Shown here: positions 25,747 to 39,161 of the stretch, one piece after another
Position numbering within the stretch: the first letter of the stretch is position 1
How the letters are laid out: each line of letters begins with the position of its first letter
Source of the DNA: Kipferlia bialata
Lineage: Eukaryota
Assembly: GCA_003568945.1 (NCBI GenBank)
Contig: BDIP01000016.1
Location: 1 to 46,807, forward strand
Length of the DNA: 46,807 nucleotides
Direction of reading: 5' to 3'
Notes under the pieces: model-generated
The model's input: only the letters and a program-made list of their open reading frames with translations
Database searches by the model: none
What the model was told of the DNA's origin: nothing
Position numbers and translations under genes: made by a program

Positions 25747-28267
25747 GAGAGAGAGAGAGACATGAGGGTGCATGCATCCTGGCACAGCAAGGTGGGACCA
25801 TGTCTACCTCTATCTCTCTCTCTATATATATTTGAGTATATTGAGAGGATAGAGAGAGATGCAGTCCTGAGGGTGCAGGCATCCTCGCACAGGGCAATAT
25901 TTCGTGTGATATATATATAGCTTAGTTTTCTAATCATTGGGTGAGGTCTATCTCGTAAATGCGTAGATATATGACAATTCTATGTTTTGCTGTGGTCATT
26001 CTTATCACAGGACATAAGTGCCAGTGCCGTCTCCCCCTCTGGTGCTGTCTCCCTAGACTACGACATAACAGTTCCAACCCAGGTACACTTCTTCTCTCAC
26101 AAATATCTCATATTTATACATGGTACACTGCATTGTACTTATGTATATTCTATTAACAGTCCCCACCCAGGCACACTTCTTGTCTTGTATATTCATTCAC
26201 ATTGTTCACTGTGGGTAGAGAATGTCATCTTGATGTTGGTATACAAGAGTGATGACCTACTCCTTATCCTCAGGTGGGCGCCACGCCTCTGTATGTCTGG
26301 CTAAGCTACCCTGACGGCACTGGTACTGTGGACATACAGAGATCGGTGGATGTATCTGCAGGTGCGTGATCGAATCATCATGTACTCTGTGACTAGGGGC
26401 ATATGCAGTCTTATAGTATCAGGATCAGCATCAGTAACAGTATAGTCTGACCCTCAGGAGACACGTCCTCCTTCACCATTGCCCTCAAGGAGCTCTCCCC
26501 CTATGGCTGTGGCGTAACTACTTGTGCTGTCGTGCTGAGCCTCTTTGACGCCTACAGCAATGCAGTTGGGAATGACGGGTGCGACATATACTACTGTGAT
26601 TCCATATATTGTTCTTATGGCCTAACCTCCAATGACAACAATGAGTTCACAATGATAGTAGGTATTCTATTCAGTGTCTCTCACTCCAGCCGTGTAACGT
26701 CTGTGTACCGCTCTGACTGCCCCTCCTGTGATAACACGGTCACATACGCCAACAACACATTCCAAGACAGTTCCCTGGCTCTGCCAGACTATGACTGTGA
26801 TGCAGGGACAGGTATCCACTGTACTATATATATAGTCAATACTAAATATATAGTATATAGTACTGTGAAGCAGGGACAGGTATCCATATTGACACATATT
26901 TATGTATACATATATGTTTATAGAGTCTGATACGTTTTCTTCCTCCAGAACAGATAGAGGTCACTCTAGTCTGGTGACCGAATCAGGGCACTGAGCTCTC
27001 AGCCATTCATATATATTTATGTATATATATGTAAGTTGGGCACGCCCTTACCTCAGCTGACATTCCTGTGACTCTGGTAACTGAGCAGGGTACTGAGCTC
27101 TCAGCCACTCTCACCGTACCTGGCAGCCCGGACATAGCCCATACAGTAGTAGAGACAGCTCACATTGAGGCTACCGCAGGTGTGTGTCCCAGTGGCGTAT
27201 GTGGTATATATATATATACTAATACATTCAGTGGATCCTGTGTGGTAGTATTTATACACAATAATGTGACATCAGGTGTTAGTGTACTGCAGAAGGTTAT
27301 ACTGTATGACTCAGATGGTACCTACGCTGGCTCCGATCACCAGGTATGTAGCTAGGAGGTGTACTGAGAAAATCCTATGTTGTGTATATGTACTATTCAT
27401 ATGCATATTCATACAGATACGTCCACTTATGACCAGGTGTCTAGCAGAGTGTCCCTGGATGGAGTCGACACCTCATCTGCATGTACAGTGACAGACAGTG
27501 GGGCATTTGCATGCGAGAGTGNNNACCTCATCTGCATGTACAGTGACAGACAGTGGGGCATTTGCATGCGAGAGTGAGTGTTGTGTAGTAAGTGGATGTA
27601 TCCCACAGTTGAATCATCATACTATCTCCATTGACCTTATACGGTACCTAGTTATTAGTACATTTAGATATAAATACATTTCTAATATATGTATCCAATT
27701 CTCACCCCAGTGACCTTCTACAGCACCTCCCAGACTGGGTACTCTGTATATCTCGTAGACAAGTGGACGTCAGAGGTCAAGCCTCTCTACGCTGGCGTTG
27801 TGACGGTATCTACGGCTCCATGTGATCTAGAGGTCACCGCTGCTTACTATAGTGAGCTCTCTAGCGGAAATCTCCAAGGAATATCCGATATCACAGTGCT
27901 CTCTACATTCCAACTCGTTCTTTGTCTACTCGATTCATGGGGCAACCTCATCACTTCCGACCCTGGGGCCACTGTCACAGGACAGCTCTTCGGTAGCAGT
28001 GCTCTGTCATGTGAGTAAGTGGTGTAGGACACGTTATGGTCTCTCGTTTATATGTCTACTTGTCGTCTACTTCCCACACATGCATGTACAATTGTGTATA
28101 TCATGTTGTCATTCTGTGTATCTGACCTCAGATACTTACACTTGGGACGGTGACCTTTCAGCCTATGTATCCACCTCATTGGCTGAGACAGTGTCTGGTA
28201 CATACTCTGTCGACTCCACTGTCGGAGGCACTGTCATTCCCCTTCAGGTATCTCCATGCCACCGCCT

Positions 28268-28322
<55 letters not shown>

Positions 28323-31300
28323 GTATCAGTCATACTCCCAGACATCTCTACCTCTCACCTCTAGGTTCATGTACTGTGTGGACCCCCCACCTCCACCTCC
28401 TCCGTCAGTCCTCTAGTTGGGATGGCAGGAGAGACACTCACGGTATGACACTCTTGTGCATTAATACCTTAAGTGTTTGACATACATACACAATCAATGT
28501 TTTGGTGATATATAGACATTGTGCGCATATATGTATGTTCAACAGGATAATGCATGATTTCCGCTCTATTCTTCCTTGCTTCCTCACTCCAGCTTACCGC
28601 TGTCCCTCTGGACACCCTTGACAACCCGTGCTCAGATTTAGAGATGAGAATAGGATGGACAGAGGTATTATGGAATGCCGGTTGATATGAGGGCTGCTAT
28701 TTATTCTCTACTGATGATATCGCTTCTAACTTACAAGGATACCACCAGCCCTGCTGTGGGTTGGCAATATGGTTCTTTCCAGCCCCACATCACATGTCCA
28801 ACGACGGTGAGTGGATACTGTCCACTGCTTACGTTGATGGTATATATCTATTCTTTGTTGGTCTCTTCACCCCCTAACCCCAGGTCGGAGAGCACTCACT
28901 CTATGTGTCCTACTCATATCCCGACTCAGATACCTTAGAGGGGACAGATATGGAGTACACATTCACTGTCGTGGAAGGTGGGGTATTGATAATTCATCCA
29001 TATTCTGCACCAGTCATTCTATACTATTTATTAATTATACTTCTACACTACACTTCTAAGTATCTCACCACTTAGGCTACACCGCATCCTTCACAGTGCA
29101 GCTGCAGAACACATCCTCCTATGGTTGTGGGGTAGCTGCCACGACTGCAGTTGTTCTCACCCTGTTTGATGCATACAGCAATCCTGTTGGTGATGATGGG
29201 TGAGTGTGTTTCCGTGTCTTGATGTTACTATTTTCAGTAGTTATCCCTCTCTCCTCATCCTCAGACGTGTGTGCACTCTGTATCGTACAGACTGCCCAGA
29301 CTGTGTGAACACTGTGTCATACGCTGATGCCACCTACCAGGATACCGTCTTCAGTCTCCCAGAGTATGACTGCCCTGATGGGACAGGTCGGTCAATGCAT
29401 AGAGTGTACACTCCTCAATGTCTCTTACTTGTATGCATTCTTCTTACCCCCTAGCAGACATTCCTGTCACTCTCGTCACCGAACAGGGCACACAGCTGTC
29501 TGGTACCCTCACTCTACCTGGGAGTCCACATATGGACAATACAGCGGTCGAGACTAACTCACTTGTGGCGACGGCAGGTACTGTTGATTTGGTGACCATA
29601 CACTGCTACTTTCAATTGTATACTGACTATACTTACAGATGTGGCTGGAGACTGTCCTCTCTTATCTCACCTCAGGCACTTCTGTCCAACAGAAGGTCAC
29701 CCTATACGATGCAGACGGTACATACGCAGGAACCAACCACTTGGTATGTGGCAGTGATGTACCGTAAGGGTATATGCTTCACTACGGTCTTACTCCCAGG
29801 TGTTTAGTCGTGTCACTCTGGCGGGGAATGACACTACTGGGGCATGCCTGCCTGAGGGAGACTCATTTGTATGCCAAAGTGAGTATATGTGAATAACCTT
29901 ATCGCGCAGTCTCAAGAACGATTTCCGATTCTCACCCCAGTGACTTTCTACATTACCTCCCAGACAGGTTACTCCGTGTATCTCGTGGACAAGTGGACGT
30001 CAGAGGTCAAGCCTCTCTATGATGGCGTTGTGACTGTATCAACGGCTCCATATGATCTAGAGGTCACTGCTGCCTACTACAGTGATCAACATGAAGGCCT
30101 GATATCGGGAACAGCCGATATCACTGTTATGTCTGCTTTCCAATTCGTCCTATACCTACTCGATACTTGGGGGAACCCAATTGCTACAGACTCCGGACTG
30201 ACTGTGACAGGGCGCTTACTCGGTAGCACCACCATATCGTGTACGTATTCTCACTCATTGTCCTATATGTTTCCGATTTCCAGGCCTTGTCATATACATT
30301 TGTACTTGTCTTCATGCCAGATACCACATTTATTTGTTTTGTCACATATATTCATATGTATTTGTGTGTATGTGAATATCTCACCCCAGTCACCTGCACC
30401 TGGGACAGTTCTCTAGGTGCCTATGTGACTAGTGCACTGACTGAGACTGTCTCTGGGACATTCGATGTCAAGATTGATGTCAACTCGTCTGAAATTGCAC
30501 TCCAGGTACATGATGCCACCCATAGTACCCTACTGTACAATCTTATATCTTCTCATTCCCCAGTATTCTCAATGACATGCTCTATACTCACTGTCCCGTG
30601 TCATACTCCCAGACATCTCTACCTCACACTCAGGCCCATGTACTGTGTGGACCCCTCACCTCTACCTCCTCCGTCAGTCCTCTGGTTGGGGTGGCAGGAG
30701 AGACAATCACGGTACGTGTGATCGCTATCAGTTTCAGGATAATGTTGCTCTCCTTCTGCCCTGTATCACTCACTGTAGCTCAGCTCCGTTGCTGTCGACA
30801 CCCATGGGAACCCCTGTTCCGATATGGAGATGAGGGTCGGCTGGGTGGAGGTAATACATGTATATTTCTCTCATATGTTCCTATCCGTTTGGAATCTGAT
30901 TCGTTTACCTTAAGTACGTAAAACACATTATAGTGTGATTATGTCCTCACGCACAGGCTGGGACTGCTCCGGCTGTAGAGTGGGACAATGGTTCCTTTGC
31001 GTACGAAGTTACCGTTCCAACATTGGTACGGGGATACACCTGGATATTTCATCACCTACGATATATATGTGTAGTGATTATTCTTCTTGTACTGGCAAGC
31101 CCTATCTTGGTGTCCTCTTTCCTGATTCTAGGTCGGAGAGCACTCTCTCTATGTGTCCTACTTCTATCCCGACTCAGATGCCTTAGAGGGGGCAGACTTC
31201 GAATATACATTCACTGTCGAGGAAGGTATATTGTCTTGTGTCTTCTATGCTTTGTAGTTGTTAGTTGTTAGATCAAGTAGTCTCAGATCAGGTTCCGCCG

Positions 31301-34300
31301 CAGGGATCGCAACCTTTGCCACGTCCATTGTCTTTGGAGAGGAGACTGCACTCTTGGTTACAGTGTCCGATGAGTTTGGGAACACCGTCTCTGGCAAGCA
31401 GTTGCTAGTGTCCACAAACAATGAGGTTAGAGTCGTGCCATATCAGTATTCCTCTACAATGCAGATTCCTATTCTATGCTTGACACCCAGACATTTGTCC
31501 TGTGTACCCAAACTGGAGACAGCTACACTTGCCCAGTGACATACTCAGGGAGTACTGACCCCGTTACTCTGTATAGGTAAAATATATGTATATATGACGT
31601 TCTATGAGGAGTAGTGCTAGGTATTATATATTTGTACAGGATTCTAACACCACATGTAGTAGTTGTTGTATATATTGTCCGACTCTTACCAATAGTACAT
31701 ACAATGGAGTTCTGCTGGAGACCACTACTCTTCCCGTTTCTGGTATTCCAGACAATACCCTGTCCTCCCTGACCCCCTTGAGAGGAGTATACTCCCAGAC
31801 CGACACGTACACAGTACGGTTGGAGTCCGTGGCTGGAGATGAGGTACGGTATCGCTGGATACCAGGTGTCAATCTATTGATTGAGTGTGTATCTCCTCGT
31901 CTTACTCTGTAGGTCTCTAAGAATTTGAGCATCTCCGCAGCTCTCTCCCCTGGTGCCACTGGGACAGTGTGCCCATACAGCACAGTTGCAAGGTAAGGGG
32001 ACACCCTTACCACTGGATCTCAGGTCTGTTTAGTACTGCATCTAACAGACAGGGGTTGGACCTGCTCGTTGACGTTTGCCCCCGGTCAGCAGCTTGTCTA
32101 CGTCTATGTCGGCACCACTCTGCTCTTCAGCAGGACTCTCTCTATGGGGAGCAGTAGGTGGGTGTATAATTGAGCCACTTCTCTTTCATTCAATTTGTTT
32201 GAGGTCTAACCTCCAGTCCAGTAGCAGCGTCCACTACGGTTTCTCCCACGGTTCTAGCTGTGGATACTCCCACCACCCTCCACGTCAGGTATGTACATCT
32301 ATGCACACATATACACATCCCTGTAGACTACTAGTGTGATATTCCCTTGAACTCACCTCAGACTACACAACGAGGAGGGAGACCATATCACCCACACCGG
32401 CTCCGTTACATACGCCGTCTCTGTCGATGTCGCAGACGCAGTCACCTCACTGAGCTACAACGAAGTGACGGGGACCCACTCCGGAACTGTGTTGTCCAGT
32501 ACTACTGGGCCTACGTCAGTTGTCGTTACAGCAGATGGTCTCTTTGATCACACGGTGGACATTGACGTTGTTCCCAACTACTCTTTGGCAGGTGTGTATT
32601 CGCAACATAGGTCTCTGTACTTCTCCAAGTTGTTGTACGCATTCTCTCATCTTCAGGTGACGCTGTCGCCTTGCCACTAACAACGTCTAGCACCTCGAAT
32701 GCAGTGTCAGCATATGGGTCCAACATACTGATTGGTGCACCATATACCATGGTATGTCAATATTCAATCAATAGTCACTCTAGTGTTGTTTATGGATCAA
32801 TGTCACACCATTGCTTTTGGTTACAGTACTCCCTAACAGTCAGGTTAATGATCTGTCCAATGTTGGCTCTGCCTACCTGATAGACACATCCTCAGAGGCC
32901 AGTGTAGGGTGAGAATTGTTCTGAACTTGCATGAGTGCAATATTGTATTGTGGCATTTACCTAGTGTCATATTCTGGATACTGCTCTTATCCTCTATATC
33001 GGTCAATCGCACGATTGGCTTAGCACACAGTACCTTCTGATCTCAGACTTATGCTGCCGGAGGAATCAACCGCAGTTACTGATGGTCTACTGGGGGTTTC
33101 AGTTTGTCTGTTGGACACAATTGGCTTTGTCGGAGCCCCTGGTACCAATTCGGTGAGTACTAATATGAAATTGTTCCCTCTCTATTATAATGTATGTCCT
33201 TGTTACTGACTCCAGGTGTATGTGGTGTCCAGTCTTGGAGGATCAGACTGGGTTCTCTCCCAGACTCTGTCGGTAAGGGCTATATTACTTCATATATTGA
33301 TTCTTCAATATGCATTATGTAGTTACATGTGTTGATTTAGGACTTCTTATCAATAGGGTGCCACTGGAGATGTCTTTGGCCTCAGCATGTCCTGTACCCA
33401 GACTGATAATACCGGTGAAAGGTAATTGGTCATGTTCCCTGATCGTCGAACACGTACTTCAGTACACATTAGGTTAGAGACGTTGACCCTCATAACCAGT
33501 CTTCTCTTAGTCGGCGCTCCAGGATCGGAGAGTGCCCAAATATACACCTGTGACTCTCTGACTGGTGTGTGTGTACTGCATTCTAGCCTTGCACCCAGCG
33601 CCTCTACCACTGCGTATGGTGCCAGTGTAGATATCGACATGGACACCATAGTGGTCGGGACCACTGTTGGCGGCACCTTTGTGTACAGGTACGCCTCTTC
33701 GTTGAGTCAACTAGTGCTCTGGCCTTTACATCACATCACTATGTTGACTCTTTAATCTCAGGCGTGATGAATCCCTTTCAGCTTGGATCGAGGAGACGAC
33801 TTGGGACATAGGTTCGATGCCTTCATGCAGTTCTTATGTGGGTCTCGAGTCAGGCTCAACGTCCAGTCTCTTATTGCAGGTGGATCCTCTGTGGCTTGTG
33901 CTCAGAGTGACAGCATGACCCTGGCCTACGTAGTGGACGCTATTGCTACCTCCTACACTGTTAGCGTGTATGGACGCGATGACACAGGTGCTGATCTCCA
34001 TCATGCTCTGCGCTTAATGTGTATTGATACTCATCCACACCTGGATGCTACTCTAATCGTAGGTTGGGAGCTGGTTCAGACTCTGTCTCCCTCTCTTGCT
34101 GAATCTTCGTCTCTTGGTGCCAAGAGTGAACGCTCTCTTATGCAACTAGTAGCTAGAGGCGGTGTGCTAGCGGTGACATCCACTACCACGGACACAGTTA
34201 CACTCTACAGCACTGCTGCTGAGAGTGTTGATGATGTGTTCATGTCTGCAAAGACAGTATCATTGACAGCTGGACAGAGCGACGCCGTCACCCTAGACGA

Positions 34301-37300
34301 GACAGGTGTTTCAGATTGCATATTTATATGTATCATGTTACTCTCTCTTTCTCTCACCAACGTCAGGGAGCCTTGTGGTGGTTGAATCCTCTAGTGAGGG
34401 ACCTTTGCTCATCAGTTACAGTCTAGAGACTCCATCATATGTATTGTTGGAACCATCCACCTTCAGACAAGGTATCAAGTGTAAATAATTCAGATTCCCG
34501 AGCAGGAGGTCAAGTTTCTGAATTATCTTTGTTTCTGACTTGCAGGAGCCACTGTATCGGCTACAGTTACCGTACTGACGTCCCTCATGAGTCAGCATGA
34601 TGATCATCTAGAGAATATGTCTCTAGGTGTGGCGTCAGAGTCTGTGTCTCCCTCATACGATGAGACAACAGGTACGGCGTACTCTACTACGAGTTATTGT
34701 GTGTGTAGTCCTCACTGAATCTGACCCCTAGGTACATACCTTGTCTCATTCACGGCCCCAACAGAGGTTGGCACCACCTCTGTGTCATGTGAGTATGAGT
34801 CTGGGTCTGGAGTAGAGTCGCTCACTGGTTATGTTCTGGTGCTACCCGGGAGACCCTACCCGTCAAGCACTGTGGTGTCTCTGCCAGATGGAGTGACAAT
34901 CCTAACCAGTAACACATACTCTACACTCAGCGTCGCACTCAGGAGTGAGTACGGAACCCTTAACACAGAGACAGACACTGAGGTATGGGGGTGTAGTGAT
35001 ACTCTCTCTACCTATTGACGTACGTCATTCCCTTAACCCCAAGGTCTGGGTGTACATGGAGACCTCTGAGCACTATTCGGCAACTGGAATAGCGCTCGAT
35101 GATTGGTACCCTTGTACCCTCTCGGAATCAACAGGTACGATAGACACACCGTTGTATTTTCTCACAGAATATCCATACTCGCTATTCACCCAGGTCTATA
35201 CACTGCTGCTGTTGTTACACCAACTGCCGGTGGGGATGTTACTGTGGCAGTGAGTGTTGCCCACCCAGACTCTGGAACTGATATCGGGGACTCTGTGTTC
35301 TATACACATTCTGGCTTCACTGTAGAGTCATTAGAGGGGCCAGAGACCAGTAGTCTGGATCTTTTGGTCATTGCAGGTGTGTTCCTAGTCATCCACACAT
35401 ATACATGTTGTTATACACACTATTTCATGTGTAATAGCTCTCCATGTAGCTCACTACAGGAGGAGCAGGTGCCCTAATCATCACCCTACTGGTGGGTTGG
35501 CTATGTGTGCGATGGCAGCGCCAGGTCAAGGCACACAACCGGAGTGTCAGGGGGATTGACGACAGGCCCAAGTCTCAGCGGAGTAACACCCACCTGTTGG
35601 AGCATTCATACGGCCACTCAGGGAGTCGGGTATGTGTTATGCTAGATATTCATTTTGGTTATCTGTATGTTTGTTATCACTTGTCAATCTTAGCACATTG
35701 TTGTTCATTCTGACCTCCTCATATATATCACTCCATCTCTATACAATCAGTTCATCCTGACCCTAGCCACAGTCTGTTGGCATGCAGCCAATGCGTCTAT
35801 TCATCGATAGCAGCGTTGGTAGTAGCCTAGATAGATCTGCTCTCAAGGCAACACCTGTTCTGCCAGACAAGGCTAGGTATGTAGGTGAAGTGATGTTCCT
35901 AGCGGTCATAGTAGTAATATGCATATAGTGTTTCCCTAACCTCAGTATTGCTGGAGTCACAGTAGGGGATGTAGGCACACTACCCACTGACATCGTCAAT
36001 ATTGACAACCTCGGCCCGATGCTGCGAAAGCGAGAGAGGAGCAGGCCCGTTACCCGTCAGGAGAGGAGGGCGCAGAGGAAGCGGGAGTGGGAGGGCCGGG
36101 ATCCAGCTGACCGTGGGACCCTAGCGGAGCGTGTGCTTGAGGCCTCTCTCTCAGACACAACTCTCCACAAAACACAGTCCTTCCAGGTACATAACACATC
36201 TACTCATTTCTACACAGTGTACTGCAGTACCAGTGGGGACTAGCATTCTTCTATATCATTAGGGAACAATCTCCGGTGTGTGTCAAGCGTCCAGTCTCTC
36301 ACACAGGCACTCTACTCCATTGGAAGATTCATAGGGAGCGGCGGGTTTGGGAAGGTGTACGAGGTAAGACGAGACTGTTACTTCTAGACATTTATTGGAT
36401 ATTTCACTGCCACAGTCTCCCAGTTGAGTATCTGAATAAGTTTCTACAGTGATTCGTCATATTCTTCTCTCACACCGCAGGCCATTGAGATTGCCTCAGG
36501 TATGCAGGTCGCAGTCAAGTTCCAGCCCATCTGTGGCACATCGCAGTCCCCAGACTGGGTATGTTGCACATAGGATACACACTACATGTCACATTGATTG
36601 GTAGAACGAGTGACAATACCATACTCTCTGTTGTTGCACCTTTCACATTCAGGAACCCCAGAAGACTATGACAAAGGCTGAGTTTGAGAGGTTCTTGCAG
36701 ACATTTGAAGGTAATTGTAAACCAGTGAGTCAACTCTTTTGGCTAGACTTCTCAATTTCAAACATGCGTAACCCATGTGTTTACCTTGCCTCCAACATTG
36801 TCCCAATATCAGGTTCTGAGTACCTGCAGCGCCAGAGGAACCTGCGCAGAGAGCTGGCTGTGGCCGAGCACCATCCTATCAACTCGCCCTTCGTCATAAA
36901 GTGAGTCCATGTATACATCTAATGATATTATTCTACGTGTCTAGGTTTTGATTCATCGGTTCCTCAATATTCCTCTGACCCAGGATTCTGAACCACTTCC
37001 GCAACTCTGACTCCTCGAACGAGATGGTCATCGTGATGGAGTTGGTAAAGGGTATGGTCATCAGTTACAATACCATACAGCTAGTGACGACACTAGTGGT
37101 TCTATCCATGACCAGGGATTTGTTGCTGGATATTGATGTACTTCTGACCCCCAGGCGAGAGTCTGCACGAGTATCTCAAGCGCTATCCCAACAGGTAAGG
37201 AAGGTCGCAGTTATACACAGTCCCGTTGAGCACTAAGGTGTCCCTACCCTTACTATGCGCATCTATTCTCACAATAGGTGTCCTGACACCCCACTGCCCC

Positions 37301-39161
37301 ACATGCTGACCATCATGTACCAAGTGAGTAGACATATGTACTCGTATGTACCATGACAATCAATGTTGTATGATCAGTGTACACGGTAGTCGGTCTCTCA
37401 CTCCAGCTTGCACTTGGACTTCTCGCCTTGAAGAGGGCTGGCGTCATACATCGAGACATTAAGGTGCCACTCATTTTGTATTGATATATATATATAGACT
37501 CGGATATTACTATATGTAGAGTGGTTCCGCATCTTATTGGGCTCTGGTTCCCTATGTATATGGGACATTCTCAACATTCCTCTCTTCTAAGGCATATGAT
37601 TCTTACTCACTCCAGCCTGATAACATCATGGTGGATGAAGACGGAAATGTAAAGATCGTGGACCTTGGTCTCTGTAAGCTCGTGGACTCCTCGGTATGGC
37701 ACCCTTTCAATCAATAATTATCAGATATATTTACGTATCGTATTTACTCTCTCACCCCAGCACCCCATGACCAACTCCATTGGCGTTGGGAACAGACTCT
37801 ACAGGGCCCCAGAGGTACAACGTTCATATAGAGTATACATATATATATATATATACTCATATGTCTACTTATGTATAAACTTACATATATTACCCATGTG
37901 ATGTATTGTAGTGCAGATTGCACAGGTACCCAGAGGTGAGTACATAGTCCGTTATACACTTGCGTATATATTTCTACCCATATAGAATACTCATACTGCA
38001 TTTCAGTGACGAGAGTTTCTATAGTGATGACTGTACAATCCCAGAGGGGTGATCTCTCAAGTATTCAATTCTCCCAGATGTCTTGGCTTCTATACTGTTT
38101 CTGTCACTTCCTGCTCACACTTAGTGTTGGTACCAGGGCGGCAGCTACGTCCGCAACAGCGTTGGGGGTAGAAAGGCCCATATCGGAAACTCCGCTGACG
38201 TCTGGTCTGTTGGTCTGATCTTCAGCCAGGTTACACCTGTGTATGTCTATATATTTACATTTATTTACAATACTTGGCGTTATGTACTAATGTATGTCTG
38301 ACCCCAGATGCTCAGCTCCCGGTGGGTCATGGGCGACATCCTGTCAAGGTACATACCCCACAATTTGGAGTATCAGTGTCTTTACTGATACAGATACTGA
38401 GTCTTGCATCAATTCCCTCTCTACCTATGGTAAATGATGAACGAGACCATGTACTGCCTATTTGCCACCTGGTCTTATGTACTCTAACCCAGGTGTTTCT
38501 ATGACGATGCTGCCGTACCTCTGGTCCAGGCACTCAGAAAGGACTCCGACAAGAGATTCGAGTGAGTTTTCTACTTTAGTCTAACTGATACTATATCTTA
38601 ACCTGAATTGTTTACTCTCTCACCCTAGCACTGTTACCCTAGAGCAGACAGGTGTGGCCGGACTTGCAGAGCTCATCAATGGTATGCTGCAGGTCAGTGA
38701 GTAGTGAAACTTGAACTCTTTCGTAACCTCTAAACACAACAGTGTTACCAATGAAGTTCTCTGATTGTGTCTCACTTCCAGAAGGATCCTTCTCAGAGGA
38801 TAGACCCCGAAGACTTGGCCTCAAGAATGGAAGAGTTGGTATGACAGTACCTCCTCTATAGCGTCTATGACTCGATCCTCAGATGAACTGCACTTCTTAC
38901 GATTGACCCAAGGTTCAGAGAGAGACGGAAGAGTCAATCAACGACGAAGAGCCACCTGCCCACTTCTTCCCCCCCTCTCTCCCTGCACCCCTCCCAACCA
39001 CCAACATTCTGAGAGAGAGAGAGAGAGCGCCCATGGGTAGGATAGACAGGGACGACAGAGTGGGAACAGTGCAGCCAATGTGGGTGCCAGTGCGGCAGGA
39101 GACACCATCCGAGATCCCTGCTGCTCCTCTGTTCCTGGATACCCCTAGTGGGCAGAGATGA
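20969..39161 (+). CDS. Giant single-pass receptor-like Ser/Thr kinase with FG-GAP beta-propellers and Ig/filamin-like ectodomain repeats. Multi-exon, 5'-partial
   Basis: The first visible exon starts at an acceptor (20969 AQDPGHPSLL...). It has FG-GAP repeats, Thr/Ser/Val-rich beta-sandwich repeats with D-x-[FYW]-[GS]-N motifs (DAFGN, DAYSN, DSWGN, DTWGN, DEFGN), a TM helix and a complete kinase. The final exon 38913-39161 ends ...PSGQR-TGA. Phases were traced through all TM-to-stop exons and spot-checked in the ectodomain. Confidence 0.8.
21685..22970 (+). other. FG-GAP repeat beta-propeller 1
   Basis: SFGADL|AMGDGWAAIGS, VFGTSIAISGTSLAIGAG..DGAVYVY, SFGVAVALDGDRLAVG, HFGRTVALSGDTLVV, HFGRALSLVGSTLVVGAS..TGAVYVY, SLGYSVSLSGSTLVVGAR. 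Confidence 0.9.
26458..31225 (+). repeat. Intragenic tandem duplication of a multi-exon block (copy A 26458-28977, copy B 29076-31225)
   Basis: Paired exons: YGCGV..VVLSLFDAYSNAVGNDG / YGCGV..VVLTLFDAYSNPVGDDG; DIPVTLVTEQGTELS / DIPVTLVTEQGTQLS; VTFYSTSQTGYSVYLVDKWTSEVKPLYAG / VTFYITSQTGYSVYLVDKWTSEVKPLYDG. Intron positions match. Confidence 0.92.
32657..34305 (+). other. Second, more degenerate FG-GAP-like propeller
   Basis: AVSAYGSNILIGAPY..NVGSAYLID; LLGVSVCLLDTIGFVGAPG..VYVV; DVFGLSMS..VGAPGSESAQIY; AYGASVDIDMDTIVVGT..GGTFVY; WELVQTL. Confidence 0.75.
35361..35509 (+). other. Transmembrane helix, split by intron 35377-35459
   Basis: Spliced LLVIAG|GAGALIITLLVGWLCV followed by basic RWQRQVK (positive-inside rule). 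Confidence 0.85.
36307..38838 (+). other. Complete Ser/Thr protein kinase domain
   Basis: IGSGGFGKVYE|AIEIASGMQVAVK ... RRELAV ... MVIVMELVKG ... VIHRDIK|PDNIMVDEDGNVKIVDLGLCK ... GNRLYRAPE|...ADVWSVGLIFSQ ... MLQ|KDPSQRI. Confidence 0.95.

Noticed and set aside
27470..27577. Exact ~50-bp direct repeat of an exon end
   Set aside because: The copies abut an NNN gap (27522-27524), so this is an unmerged contig overlap rather than a biological echo.
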